A stretch of DNA of 64,000 nucleotides from Dehalococcoidia bacterium (GCA_042408205.1 JBHOQK010000011.1:6348-70347), one strand, 5' to 3'; positions 20,101 to 28,720 are shown, numbered from the stretch's first letter. Notes: generated by a model from the letters alone, not told the origin. Program-made: numbers and translations.

Positions 20101-20178
20101 TAGAGAAGCTTGGATACCACTTATTCCAGCCCCTACCACCATAACATCGCCAACATAAGCTAATTTTTCTTCTTCCAT
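17107..20178 (-). CDS. bamE: Double HdrA-like FAD/Fe-S oxidoreductase (BamE-like, 1023 aa), with two HdrA modules plus ferredoxin domains.
   Basis: Two FAD-binding Rossmann motifs are present (VMVVGAGISGIQAS and VIGGGIAGMISALS). There are numerous CxxCxxC clusters. The size matches G. metallireducens BamE (~1000 aa). No in-frame TGA is present, so the protein is not a selenoprotein here. Confidence 0.7.
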   Translation of the reverse strand: MEEEKLAYVGDVMVVGAGISGIQASLDLGDMGFKVYLVDKLPAIGGKMAQLDKTFPTNDCSLCIESPKFIECSRHPNINILTYTEVDKVEGEARNFKVTLIKKPRYILDDICKGCTTCSVYCPVKVPDRYNQNLSFTKCSHIYFPQSIPLVTYIDPEKCLFLKDKKCSICETVCPQHAIDLYQKEEKIEIEVGAIILSPGYEIFDPRLRGDYGYGKIKNVVTSLDFERILCSSGPYEGEIRRPSDGRHPKKIAWIQCVGSRQVIPGGNSYCSTVCCTYTQKQVILAKDHDPDIEATIFHNDIRSWGKDFERFYQRAANLPGVRFIRSYVSLGKELPESQNVTIRYSANGIVKEEEFDLVVLSVGLNPPENVRELANKFGIELNSYGFCKGNPSNPIETSRKGIFVSGAFQGPMDIPEAIMTASGAAALCSELLSYRRGKLAREREYPPERDVSGEKPRIGVFVCHCGANIGRVVDVPSVVEYASTLPNVVHVQENPWSCSTDAAQQIAEAIKEKQLNRVVVAACTPRTHEPLFRDTLREGGVNQYFFDMANIREHCSWVHSRDKEAATQKAKDLVRMSVARATLLQPLKEFELPVDKKGLVIGGGIAGMISALSLANQGFEVYLIEKEKDLGGIARRIHYTLEGIDVQAYLKDLIHKVYRHPLIHIFTDSTVTEVSGYVGNFVTKIVSEGKAREIKHGIAIIATGAQEYKPTEYLYGKDERVFTLLELEEKIAKRDEKVINAENLVMILCVGCREKSRNYCSRVCCSQAIKCALKLKEINPRKDIYIIYRDIRTYGFKEDYYREAANREVKFIRYEPEDKPKVEVVEEGDQRRLRVTLTDPILGKKLLIDTDFLALAAAVIPSETNAEISRLFKVPLNPDGFFLEAHVKLRPVDCAAEGIFLCGMAHYPKHISETIRQAYGAAGRAATILSKDSVTVPGAICEVNESYCIGCGQCQAVCKYGAIELYDTSEGKKARVISVLCKGDGLCNTVCPARAISLKHFTDEQILAQIDAAFPALVEVSS

Positions 20179-20190
20179 TTTCTCCTACCT

Positions 20191-21000
20191 TCAATCAATT
20201 TGACGCTCTATCTTTAGCCCAAACCGCTGTGGGTGAGAATAAACAGAAAGGCGATTACCTCGGGCATAACCAACCAAAGTAATATCTAAATCCCTTGCCA
20301 ACGATATAGCACGCCAGGTAGGGGAGCTCCTGGAAATAATAACTGGAACCCTCATCTTTGCCACTTTGAGCACCATCTCCGAAGAAATGCGACCAGTAGT
20401 AAAGAGTATTCCATCTTTTATTGATAAATTCCTGAGCAGACACTCACCTTGGATCTTGTCTAAAGTATTATGTCGCCCCACATCCTCAGCCATTACCATC
20501 AAGTCCTTGGTATCCCATAGAGCCGAGGCATGCACTCCACCACAAAAACGATACAATTCCATTTGTTCTTGAAATTGCTTCATTAGATTTAGCACTTCCG
20601 TTGGTGTAACAACAAGATTTGAATTGACCCTCTCTCCTTGAGTTTTAAAACCGAACCCACCACCACAGCCAGAAGTAAGTACTCGCTGTCTGGGCAATCG
20701 GTATTCAGGATTGGTTAGCCTGACATCAGCCATTAACATGTTTTGGCAAATCTCTAATCTGGCGACGTCGCTTATTTTTGAAATAATTCCTTCTGTGTAC
20801 AAAAACCCAAGAACAAGACAATCCAACTTGGTTGGAGTACATAGGATAGAAACCAGTTCTTGAAGATTTACGTAGATGGTAAGCTCTATTTCATCCGGTA
20901 CTGAGGTTAAGATAGTACTCCATCCCTCATCAGTAAACCGATGAGAGACTACGTTCTCAATAGCACCTTTAATTGTAAATTCACTAATCGCTTTTGACAT
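20191..21000 (-). CDS. fdhD: FdhD-like sulfurtransferase (formate-dehydrogenase accessory family).
   Basis: FdhD motifs are present (LTSGCGGG, GGVHASALW, VGRHNTLDKIQG). The protein is 269 aa. It is inserted between the BamD-like and BamE-like genes. Confidence 0.55.
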   Translation of the reverse strand: MSKAISEFTIKGAIENVVSHRFTDEGWSTILTSVPDEIELTIYVNLQELVSILCTPTKLDCLVLGFLYTEGIISKISDVARLEICQNMLMADVRLTNPEYRLPRQRVLTSGCGGGFGFKTQGERVNSNLVVTPTEVLNLMKQFQEQMELYRFCGGVHASALWDTKDLMVMAEDVGRHNTLDKIQGECLLRNLSIKDGILFTTGRISSEMVLKVAKMRVPVIISRSSPTWRAISLARDLDITLVGYARGNRLSVYSHPQRFGLKIERQID

Positions 21001-21016
21001 GTTAAACTTTTTGATT

Positions 21017-22159
21017 CTAAATTACTTCCTGAACGACCTCAGTAATATCTTTTATCTCAATAGCTTCATTATTCCCAAAGGTTAACTTACTATCCTCAAA
21101 ATTGATAATACAATATGGACAGGAAGTAACTAATTCTTTAGCCCCAACTTCTATAGCTTGTTTTACTCTGATATCGGAGAATCTTTCACCTTTTGGAGTA
21201 TCCATCCAAATCCTGCCCCCTCCCCCACCACAGCAAAGACTGCTTTCTCTCGCCTCCGGCATTTCTACCAATTCTACACCGGGTATCTTCTTTAAAATAT
21301 CCCGAGGTTCATCATATATGTTATTATGGCGACCAAGGTAACAAGGATCGTGGTAAGCGACTTTCTTGGGATATTCCTTAGTTAGCTTAAGTTTGTCTTG
21401 GTTGATAAGCTGAGATAGATACTGAGTAATATGAATTACCTCAAAATTCACTTTAAATTCGGAATATTCGTTTCGGAAAGTATGATAACAATGGGGGGAA
21501 GAAACAACAATTTTTTTAACACCCTTATCAATAAAAGTTTTAATATTTTCCTTAGCTAAACGTTTAAATAATCCCTCATCCCCAGTCTTACGGAGACTCT
21601 CCCCACAACAATTCTCTTCAGAACCTAATATCCCAAAATCCACCCCCACTTTATTGAGAATATTAGCTGTAGCGATAGCTACCTTCTTTACTCTGGGGTC
21701 ATAATTTAAGTAGCAACAGGTAAAATATAAAACTTCTGTCTCCTCAGTAAAATTTTTCACCAATAATCCTTTTGCCCACTCTGCCCTTTTTTCTCGTTTT
21801 TCACCAAGGGGATTACCTAAGGTGCCAAGACTAGTTCTTACACTGCGAATCGGAGCTGGAGAAATACCAGCTCCCGAGGCAATCCGACGCAAAGACATAC
21901 TAACATTTATTGTTTCTACCCCCCTTGGACACCACTGGGGACATATGCCACAAGTAGTACATCGCCATATATCCTCACTTTCTATTTCAGCCAAACCAAA
22001 GGTAGCCTGCCGGACGATATAGCGCATGCTAAAATTTCTAACTTTGTTCCAAGGACAAACCGTATCACACATTCCGCATTGATAGCAAAGCTTGAAGGAT
22101 TCTCCGCCAGCTTCTTTTATAGCAACTATGGCTTCTTTAAAAGGAGCTAAGGTTTCCAC
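21017..22159 (-). CDS. bamD: HdrD/GlcF-like Fe-S oxidoreductase with two CCG domains (BamD-like).
   Basis: Two ferredoxin motifs are present (CYQCGMCDTVCP and CTTCGICPQWCP). Two CCG motifs are present (FTCCYLNYDP and SSLCCGGGGG). The 380-aa size is close to BamD (387 aa). Confidence 0.7.
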   Translation of the reverse strand: METLAPFKEAIVAIKEAGGESFKLCYQCGMCDTVCPWNKVRNFSMRYIVRQATFGLAEIESEDIWRCTTCGICPQWCPRGVETINVSMSLRRIASGAGISPAPIRSVRTSLGTLGNPLGEKREKRAEWAKGLLVKNFTEETEVLYFTCCYLNYDPRVKKVAIATANILNKVGVDFGILGSEENCCGESLRKTGDEGLFKRLAKENIKTFIDKGVKKIVVSSPHCYHTFRNEYSEFKVNFEVIHITQYLSQLINQDKLKLTKEYPKKVAYHDPCYLGRHNNIYDEPRDILKKIPGVELVEMPEARESSLCCGGGGGRIWMDTPKGERFSDIRVKQAIEVGAKELVTSCPYCIINFEDSKLTFGNNEAIEIKDITEVVQEVI

Positions 22160-22178
22160 CTTCCCAATTCCTTTTTAG

Positions 22179-22709
22179 CTACTTTCGCCCTTTACTAATT
22201 CGGGTAACGGTATCCATTACCGTCTTTAAGCCATATTTCTTTATTAATGAGTCTAACCCTATTTCCAACTCCCCAGGCTTCTTTTCTTCTTCCCCTTCCA
22301 CTTCTCTTTCTTCATAAGTTAAAGCGTCCGATAGGCACCACTGAACACACATTGGTTCCGGTAATGGTGGTTCTTCTTCACACATGTCACATTTTAAAGG
22401 TAAACCAGAATCAGGTTCTTTAAAAAGACTGCGGGAAGGACAAGAAGCTCGGCAAAAGCTACATTCGTCATATTCCTTGCCGTCAATGATATAAATGTTT
22501 CTGCCATTACATTCGGCTTCAGTATATTCCCCAGCAAATACTGGAACAAAAATATTTCTTCTGGGGTCAAAAAATACCCGAATCCGAGACCTTTCTGGAT
22601 TGATACTGCTATATTTAGGTGAAGCGTGAAAAGCAGAACAAACCACTTCACAGGCTCGGCAACCATTGCATTTATCCACATCAATTTTTATTACCTTAAT
22701 TTTCTTCAC
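22179..22709 (-). CDS. bamC: Poly-[4Fe-4S] ferredoxin subunit (BamC-like).
   Basis: Three cluster-ligand sets are present (CNGCRACEVVC, CSFCRASCP and CDMCEE...CVQWC). The protein is 176 aa. It overlaps the bamB stop by 14 nt. Confidence 0.65.
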   Translation of the reverse strand: MKKIKVIKIDVDKCNGCRACEVVCSAFHASPKYSSINPERSRIRVFFDPRRNIFVPVFAGEYTEAECNGRNIYIIDGKEYDECSFCRASCPSRSLFKEPDSGLPLKCDMCEEEPPLPEPMCVQWCLSDALTYEEREVEGEEEKKPGELEIGLDSLIKKYGLKTVMDTVTRISKGRK

Positions 22710-24663
22710 TGGTTATAATCCCCCTTTGTTCCAAGTCTTGGCTAACATAATCTAAACCTAATTCATGTAAGGTTTTTTTAGTAGGAATCCCTTCATTATT
22801 CCAGCCTTTAAATTTGTAATATTCATCAAGCAACTTTGCTTCATACTCCGGAAACCTTTTCTTCCAATGGTCTTCTGGCGGACGCTCGTCTTTTCTTCTC
22901 AAACCCCTTCTGACGTTGATAGCTCTAACTAAATTTCGGTTTCTTCGCGTTATTTTCCATAGTTCAGCTTCATCAATATCAAGCCCGGTGGCAAAGGAGA
23001 TTACCTGAGGCAAATTATGTATATGATAAGGAGGCTTTAGAGGAAACGATGATAAACCGGCACAAATACCAGTGCAATCATCTATGTAATGCATTGTCTC
23101 CTGCCAATCAACAAGCTCGCAAACTAAGTCAATAGATGGATAAAAGGGGAAGGAATGTTCTCCGCGAGGCTCCCATTCTAAAATAAATTGCTTAAACCTT
23201 TCATTAGGAACCTGGATCCAATCTTTGACAAACTCCTCTTTCTCCTCCCTGGTAGCAAAAGGAGCTTGAGGCAGATTACCTTCAATTTGGGTGATGCTTA
23301 TTTTTTCTCCAGTAGCATACATGAGATAAAAAATAGGATTTAGCATACCAAGTTTAATGGGCATCTGCTCCAGTTTTTTAGTTGTATTATGGTCATAGGC
23401 TTCTGCCCCTTTACCAATCTGACGCGCTGCCCAATAAACGCCATTAGCCAAAATATCCCCTATCCCTTCTCGCCGGACGATCCGGTCAAGGAGCCAGAAA
23501 AATCTTCCCTCAGGATCAGAGGGCATTCCTGCCATGTCCTGGTCAGTTAAAATGCCTGCCTCATAAAGTTCAAGAGCAAAAGCTATAACTTGAGGCGTTG
23601 AATATCCATCTACTCCATACTCCTGAGCCACACCAGCGATTCTAAAACCGAAATCCAAGTCTAACATGGCTGCCATAGTATACGTCAGTTTGGAATAGCA
23701 TTTCATCATGTATCTTTTAATCGTGGGATGCCTTATTATCCCGCCACATTTAAGGGGACAGTTATAGCAGCTTATCAGCCGTTCTACTGCCTTGTCTTGT
23801 ATCTCTTTCCATGTTTCTGAGGTTTCCTTAGTCCAGAAACCGGTTCTTCTAAGACGAGCATTTCCCCAAGCAAAATTTTCCGTATGCCAGGCTTCATCGT
23901 GGATTGCCATTTCTTGAGGTGCCCCAAGAAAAGCTAAAATGGGCGGTACGCCTTTAATTGGATTTTGTTGCCGCCATTGTATATATTTGAGGATTTCATT
24001 ACATAGGTTAGTAAATTCAGCTGGTCGAGCAATAAAAATGTCCTTTGTACCTCGGACGGCTATAGCCTTCAACTTTTTATCCCCCATAATAGCACCTATC
24101 CCCCCTCGGCTGGCACTAGATCTGCCATGCTCGATAGAGGCAAAATAAACCCTGTTTTCCCCAGCCAGACCAATAGCCGCTACTTGGGCTTTTGGCTCCT
24201 TGAGCTCTTGACGGATAAGCTCTGCCGTTTCCAGACAACCTTTCCCTGCCAGATGCCGAGCATCCCGAATTTCCACTTTATCATTGTTTATCCACAAATA
24301 AACTAAATCGGGAGACTTACCCCGAATAATGATTTTATCGTAGCCAGCATATTTCAGCTCTGGTCCAAAAAATCCCCCCATCATGGAATAGGCCATCAGT
24401 AAAGTTTGGGGCGAAAAAGTAGAAATAATCGTCCGATTAGCTCCAATAGTCGGTGTGCCATCTAAGAGACCGGCGCTAAATATGAGTAAATTATCTGAGG
24501 AAAAGGGCTCAACTTCAGGAGGCACCCTATCCCATAAAATCTTGGCGTTAGTGCCTAAACCTCCTAAATGAAGCTCGGTTAATTTTGGGTCAGTAGTCAC
24601 TCTTTCAATGTTGCCTCGAGATAAATCAATTTCTAAATTAACTCCTGTCTCAGCATACCTCAA
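22696..24663 (-). CDS. bamB: Tungsten aldehyde:ferredoxin-oxidoreductase-family enzyme, most likely the class II benzoyl-CoA reductase active-site subunit BamB or a paralog for another aryl-CoA.
   Basis: The N-terminus MRYAETGVNLEIDL...LGGLGTNAKILWDRVPPEVEPFS...KYAGYDKIIIRGKSPDLVYLWINNDKVEIRD matches the highly conserved BamB N-terminus as recalled from the literature. The protein is 655 aa. It is followed by BamC/D/E/F-like genes in canonical order. Confidence 0.7.
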   Translation of the reverse strand: MRYAETGVNLEIDLSRGNIERVTTDPKLTELHLGGLGTNAKILWDRVPPEVEPFSSDNLLIFSAGLLDGTPTIGANRTIISTFSPQTLLMAYSMMGGFFGPELKYAGYDKIIIRGKSPDLVYLWINNDKVEIRDARHLAGKGCLETAELIRQELKEPKAQVAAIGLAGENRVYFASIEHGRSSASRGGIGAIMGDKKLKAIAVRGTKDIFIARPAEFTNLCNEILKYIQWRQQNPIKGVPPILAFLGAPQEMAIHDEAWHTENFAWGNARLRRTGFWTKETSETWKEIQDKAVERLISCYNCPLKCGGIIRHPTIKRYMMKCYSKLTYTMAAMLDLDFGFRIAGVAQEYGVDGYSTPQVIAFALELYEAGILTDQDMAGMPSDPEGRFFWLLDRIVRREGIGDILANGVYWAARQIGKGAEAYDHNTTKKLEQMPIKLGMLNPIFYLMYATGEKISITQIEGNLPQAPFATREEKEEFVKDWIQVPNERFKQFILEWEPRGEHSFPFYPSIDLVCELVDWQETMHYIDDCTGICAGLSSFPLKPPYHIHNLPQVISFATGLDIDEAELWKITRRNRNLVRAINVRRGLRRKDERPPEDHWKKRFPEYEAKLLDEYYKFKGWNNEGIPTKKTLHELGLDYVSQDLEQRGIITSEEN

Positions 24664-25523
24664 TTTTTACCCCCTATTTTCTGATAGTCGTTAAATACGG
24701 AATCAAAATACTTATTGGCTTTGTCAGCTAAAAGATTATGATATTCTCGGAATAAAGCTGCAGCTTGAGGACGCAACCAATCATCAGGTAACAGTTCCTT
24801 AGGCAAGTCAGGGTCAAAAAAAGGAAATTTACGGTATTCGTGAATAAGCATAAACCTTTCCACAAAACACTCACTATCTTCAATAATTTCCCCGCGACGA
24901 AGGCGCTCTAAATGTTTTTCCAATTTAGGCTGATATTTAGCAATGAAAGCAGCATATTTCTCCTGGATTTTTGTCAAATTCCAACATCGAGTCACTATAC
25001 GCCGGGGGTCAGTAAAACCCTGATGTTTGGCTTGAAAGATTTCAACATATTCCCGGATTTGGAGAGAATCGACTAATTCCTCAACCTCTTTAGTTAAATC
25101 ATAAGGAGAAATCCAGGTAGCCTCACTCAAAGCGCCATATCCCATCCAGCTTAATTCTTGACGTAAACGGTTTCTTATCTCTCGCTTGTTTTCCGGGATA
25201 GAGTAAGTAACAATATACCACACTCCTTCCCAGTGATTATCTTTCCGCTTAAAGATACGCTCAGCTCCCTTAACCAAAAGGTCATTTCCTTTAGGGGTTA
25301 ATGAATAAAAGCTCTTTTTACCTATCCGCCTCGCTTTTAATAAACCTATCCGGCACATCCGGGATACTGCTGACCGTATAGCCTGCTCCGATAATCCAAA
25401 GTTAGATAGTATCCGGATTAGACTACCAATCCCAATTTCACCCCCCCTATGGCGAATATAATCCCCATATAAGGTAAGTATGGTGGATTGAGGACGCAAT
25501 AGATTTATAGTTTTATATGTCAT
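24660..25523 (-). CDS. paaX: PaaX-family transcriptional regulator (aryl-CoA-responsive repressor type).
   Basis: The N-terminal winged helix and PaaX-like core are recognisable (LRPQSTILTLYGDYI...GIGSLIRILSNFGLSEQAIRSAVSRM). The ATGA stop/start overlap with bamB places it in the same transcription unit. Confidence 0.65.
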   Translation of the reverse strand: MTYKTINLLRPQSTILTLYGDYIRHRGGEIGIGSLIRILSNFGLSEQAIRSAVSRMCRIGLLKARRIGKKSFYSLTPKGNDLLVKGAERIFKRKDNHWEGVWYIVTYSIPENKREIRNRLRQELSWMGYGALSEATWISPYDLTKEVEELVDSLQIREYVEIFQAKHQGFTDPRRIVTRCWNLTKIQEKYAAFIAKYQPKLEKHLERLRRGEIIEDSECFVERFMLIHEYRKFPFFDPDLPKELLPDDWLRPQAAALFREYHNLLADKANKYFDSVFNDYQKIGGKN

Positions 25524-25548
25524 AATTTTTAATAGCGTTTATTTTGCG

Positions 25549-25570
25549 ATATGTTTATTTTATAACATAT
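25549..25570. promoter_or_regulatory. Perfect 7-bp inverted repeat ATATGTT-N8-AACATAT located 26 bp upstream of paaX. A candidate operator.
   Basis: The repeat was read directly from the sequence. It sits in the 358-bp divergent intergenic region between paaX and the thiolase operon. Confidence 0.35.
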
Positions 25571-25790
25571 TTACCTTGATTTGTCAACTTTTCCATTTAG
25601 TCTTTATGAGAGGTTAAAAATAAGAGCTTTGTACTAGGATAGACTTTTCAGGGTTTAACCAAAAAAACAGAGGAGCAATTTTATCGCTGGGCAAAAGGTG
25701 ACTGAGCCACATCTAATTAATTTCAGTCAATATTTTGGTGATTTAACAAACCTTCTTTTGGGTATATGCTCGATAATTTAAATCGCCATC

Positions 25791-25820
25791 TTGACAAGCA
25801 ACTCGTTGGTAAAGCATAAT
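25791..25820 (+). promoter_or_regulatory. Sigma-70-like promoter (TTGACA-N18-CATAAT) for the plus-strand thiolase/DUF35 operon.
   Basis: A consensus -35 and a near-consensus -10 lie ~60 bp upstream of the ATG at 25882. The RBS AAAGGAGG is present. Confidence 0.4.
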
Positions 25821-25881
25821 ACAAAAAGTTTTTGTCCCTTAATCCCTTGTAATAAGCTTATACAAAGGAGGTCACTAAAAT

Positions 25882-27036
25882 ATGCAACGTCGGGTAGCTA
25901 TAATCGGTGTTGGTTACACCCCCTTTCGGTCAATAACTCCCGATATTTCTTTTAAAGAAATGATGTTTGAAGCCGCCCAAAAAGCTTATGAAGATGCCGG
26001 TGTCTGCCCTCAGCACGATATTGACGCTTTTGTCACCTGTGGGGACGACTTTACTCATGGCAGAAGCATTTTCAATATTCATACTCCGGATAATCTTGGA
26101 GCAGTGCTTAAGCCTATTCACACTCTCTCTGCTGAAGGTATTTATGGTCTGGCAGATGCTTACATGCTAATAAATACTGGTTTAGTCGATATTATGGCGG
26201 TAGAATCCCACAGTAAAGCCTCAAACATCCTTACCCCCTATTACTTAATTGCTCATGCTATGGATCCAATTTATAACAAACCCTTGGGTTATAATCCTTA
26301 TTTTATTGCTGGTATGGAAATGAACCGTTATATGTTTGAAAGTGGGACAACCAAAGAACAGTGTGCTTTAGTTTCAGTCAAAAATAAAGCAAATGCTTTA
26401 CTTAATCCTTTAGCTGCCCATGGGGATAAGATAACAGTAGAAGATGTCTTTAACTCGGAAATGATGTTTTATCCTCTAAACCGTTTAGATATAAGTCCTC
26501 CCGCTGATGGTGGTATTGTCATGGTTTTAGCTTGTGAGGAAAAAGCCAAGATTTTATGTGAGAAACCAATATGGATAAGAGGTGTTGGCTGGTGTTCGGA
26601 TGCTCCGAGTTTAGAGACAAGGGAGTGGGGAGAAGCTGTGTATGCTCGGTTAGCCGGTGAAATGGCATATAAAATGGCGGGGATAAAAAACCCAAGAAAA
26701 GAAATTGATTTTGCTGAAGTAGATGACACTTTCTCATACAAAGAACTTCAACATCTGGAAGCTTTAAAACTCTGTCGCCCTGGAGAAGCTGGCTTTATGG
26801 TGGCTGAAGGCGCAACTCAAAGGGAAGGCGAGTTTCCGGTAAATGTCTCCGGGGGAAGTTTAGGTATTGGCTGGTTATATGAAGCTACAGGCCTGCAAAG
26901 AGTTTTAGAGGTAGTGCTCCAGCTCCGGGGTGAAGCCGGTAAAAGACAATTACCCAACGTCAAAATAGGTTTAGCCCAATCATGGCGAGGTATCCCCGCC
27001 AATAGCGGGGCAGTAATAATTTTAAGCAATGAGTAA
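25882..27036 (+). CDS. SCP-x-type thiolase (paralog 1 of a tandem pair).
   Basis: The N-terminus RVAIIGVGYTPF is thiolase-like. The gene is followed by a second thiolase and two DUF35 genes. Confidence 0.75.
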   Translation: MQRRVAIIGVGYTPFRSITPDISFKEMMFEAAQKAYEDAGVCPQHDIDAFVTCGDDFTHGRSIFNIHTPDNLGAVLKPIHTLSAEGIYGLADAYMLINTGLVDIMAVESHSKASNILTPYYLIAHAMDPIYNKPLGYNPYFIAGMEMNRYMFESGTTKEQCALVSVKNKANALLNPLAAHGDKITVEDVFNSEMMFYPLNRLDISPPADGGIVMVLACEEKAKILCEKPIWIRGVGWCSDAPSLETREWGEAVYARLAGEMAYKMAGIKNPRKEIDFAEVDDTFSYKELQHLEALKLCRPGEAGFMVAEGATQREGEFPVNVSGGSLGIGWLYEATGLQRVLEVVLQLRGEAGKRQLPNVKIGLAQSWRGIPANSGAVIILSNE

Positions 27037-27048
27037 AAGGAGGAAAAA

Positions 27049-28206
27049 ATGCGTAAGGTTGCTATTGTTGGTGCCGGCATGACCAAATTCATGCGACGAG
27101 CTCAGGAAACCGGGAAGGAATTGGCTTGGCAAGCTGCCAAGATGGCTCTTGACTCTTGTGAGTTAACTTTAAAAGATGTAGATTGTGTAGTAATGGGTTC
27201 AGCCCCTGATGCCTTTGATATGGTTCACCTGAAGGCTGAATATCTGAGTGATGGTGCTGGAGCCTGGAGAAAGCCTTATGTGAGGGGTTTTCTTGGTGGT
27301 GGCACCGGTGTCTTTACCGCCTGTCAAGCTTGGTATCATGTAGCTTCAGGACTATTTGATATCTGTTTAGCTGTAGCTGAGGAGAAGATGTCTTCATGTA
27401 TGCCCCATCCCCAGGGAGCCTTTGTTACCTGCTGGGATCAGTTTACCGAAAGCCCCTTGGGGACAAGCCTTCTCTGGTTCTTTGCTTGGGAAATGAACCG
27501 GTATATGACTGTCCATGGTATTACTGAACGAGAAATAGCTTTGGTCTCAGTTAAAAATAAGAAAAATGCCCTAGACCATCCTTGTGCTCAATTAGCTGCT
27601 GAAATTACCGTAGATGATGTGATGAATTCAGAAATTATGGCCTGGCCAGTAAAGAGACTGGATGTTAGTCCGACCAGCGACGGAGCCGTAGCTTTGGTTT
27701 TTGCTTCCGAAAATATCGCTAAACGGATTACTGATAAACCAGTTTGGGTCTTAGGGGTAGGCTGGTGTCTCGATACTATGTATATTGGACAAAGGGACCT
27801 TTATTATCCCAAATACGTGGAGTATGCAGCTCGGATGGCTTACAATATGGCAGGAATTAAAGAGCCCGCTAAAGAAATAGATATTGCTGAACCTTATGAT
27901 CCTTTTGACTATAAAGAGCTTCACAATGCAGAAGGACTTCTTCTTTGTGGCAAAGGCGAAGCAGTAAAGCTTTTGCTCGATGGAGTGACTCAAAGAACAG
28001 GTCGTCAGCCTTGGTGCCCTTCAGGAGGGCTATTAGGGGTAGGCAACGCTATTGCAGCTGCTGGCTTAATGAAGGTAGCCGAACTTTTTTGGCAATTGCG
28101 GGGTGAGGCGGGTAAAAGACAAGTGCCAGGAAAACCAAGGAAGGGGGTAGCTCAAGCTTGGGGAGATGAGATGCAAGTAGGCACCGTTATCGTAGTAGGA
28201 ATATAA
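27049..28206 (+). CDS. SCP-x-type thiolase (paralog 2 of a tandem pair).
   Basis: KVAIVGAGMTKF and the ~385-aa size fit the family. Its stop lies 13 nt after the first thiolase, with an RBS. Confidence 0.75.
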   Translation: MRKVAIVGAGMTKFMRRAQETGKELAWQAAKMALDSCELTLKDVDCVVMGSAPDAFDMVHLKAEYLSDGAGAWRKPYVRGFLGGGTGVFTACQAWYHVASGLFDICLAVAEEKMSSCMPHPQGAFVTCWDQFTESPLGTSLLWFFAWEMNRYMTVHGITEREIALVSVKNKKNALDHPCAQLAAEITVDDVMNSEIMAWPVKRLDVSPTSDGAVALVFASENIAKRITDKPVWVLGVGWCLDTMYIGQRDLYYPKYVEYAARMAYNMAGIKEPAKEIDIAEPYDPFDYKELHNAEGLLLCGKGEAVKLLLDGVTQRTGRQPWCPSGGLLGVGNAIAAAGLMKVAELFWQLRGEAGKRQVPGKPRKGVAQAWGDEMQVGTVIVVGI

Positions 28207-28216
28207 AGGAGGAACC

Positions 28217-28720
28217 ATGAGCGAAAAAATAAAAGTCTGGCCAGGAACCTCTCTTAGCGAAGAGGATATAAAGGAGAAGAAAGTCTTATTAACAGAATGG
28301 TACCCTAATCTTAAATATGCTTGGGATGCCGGTATTGGTTACGGCAGGTATTTTGCTGAGCTAAAAAAGGGCAGAATTATAGGCACAAAATGTCATAAAT
28401 GCCACCGAGTGTTACTCCCTGCCAGAGTTTTTTGTGAGTGGTGTTTTCGGACAGTAGACGAATGGGTCTATCTACAAGATACCGGTACTATTAATACTTT
28501 CTCCATTGCTTATACTGGTACTATGGCTGAACGATTAACTGAGCCACGTATTCCAGCACTAATTGAAATTGACGGCTCGGGGGGAGTAGCTATTATGCAT
28601 CTCATCGGCGAAGTTGACCCCTGGAAAGTAAAAATTGGGATGAGAGTCAAAGCAGTTTGGAAACCAGAACCAGAGCGGGAAGGTGCCATAACTGATATAA
28701 AATACTGGAAACCGATTTAG
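28217..28720 (+). CDS. DUF35 OB-fold/Zn-ribbon protein (BbsA-like thiolase partner), copy 1.
   Basis: The ribbon CHKCHRVLLPARVFCEWC is present. The protein is 167 aa. Confidence 0.75.
   Translation: MSEKIKVWPGTSLSEEDIKEKKVLLTEWYPNLKYAWDAGIGYGRYFAELKKGRIIGTKCHKCHRVLLPARVFCEWCFRTVDEWVYLQDTGTINTFSIAYTGTMAERLTEPRIPALIEIDGSGGVAIMHLIGEVDPWKVKIGMRVKAVWKPEPEREGAITDIKYWKPI

Noticed and set aside
17107-20178. Possible selenocysteine (in-frame TGA) in the BamE/BamF homologs, as in some Geobacter Bam proteins.
   Set aside because: Both ORFs are uninterrupted, so there is no internal TGA. Cys versions are present and no SECIS is needed.
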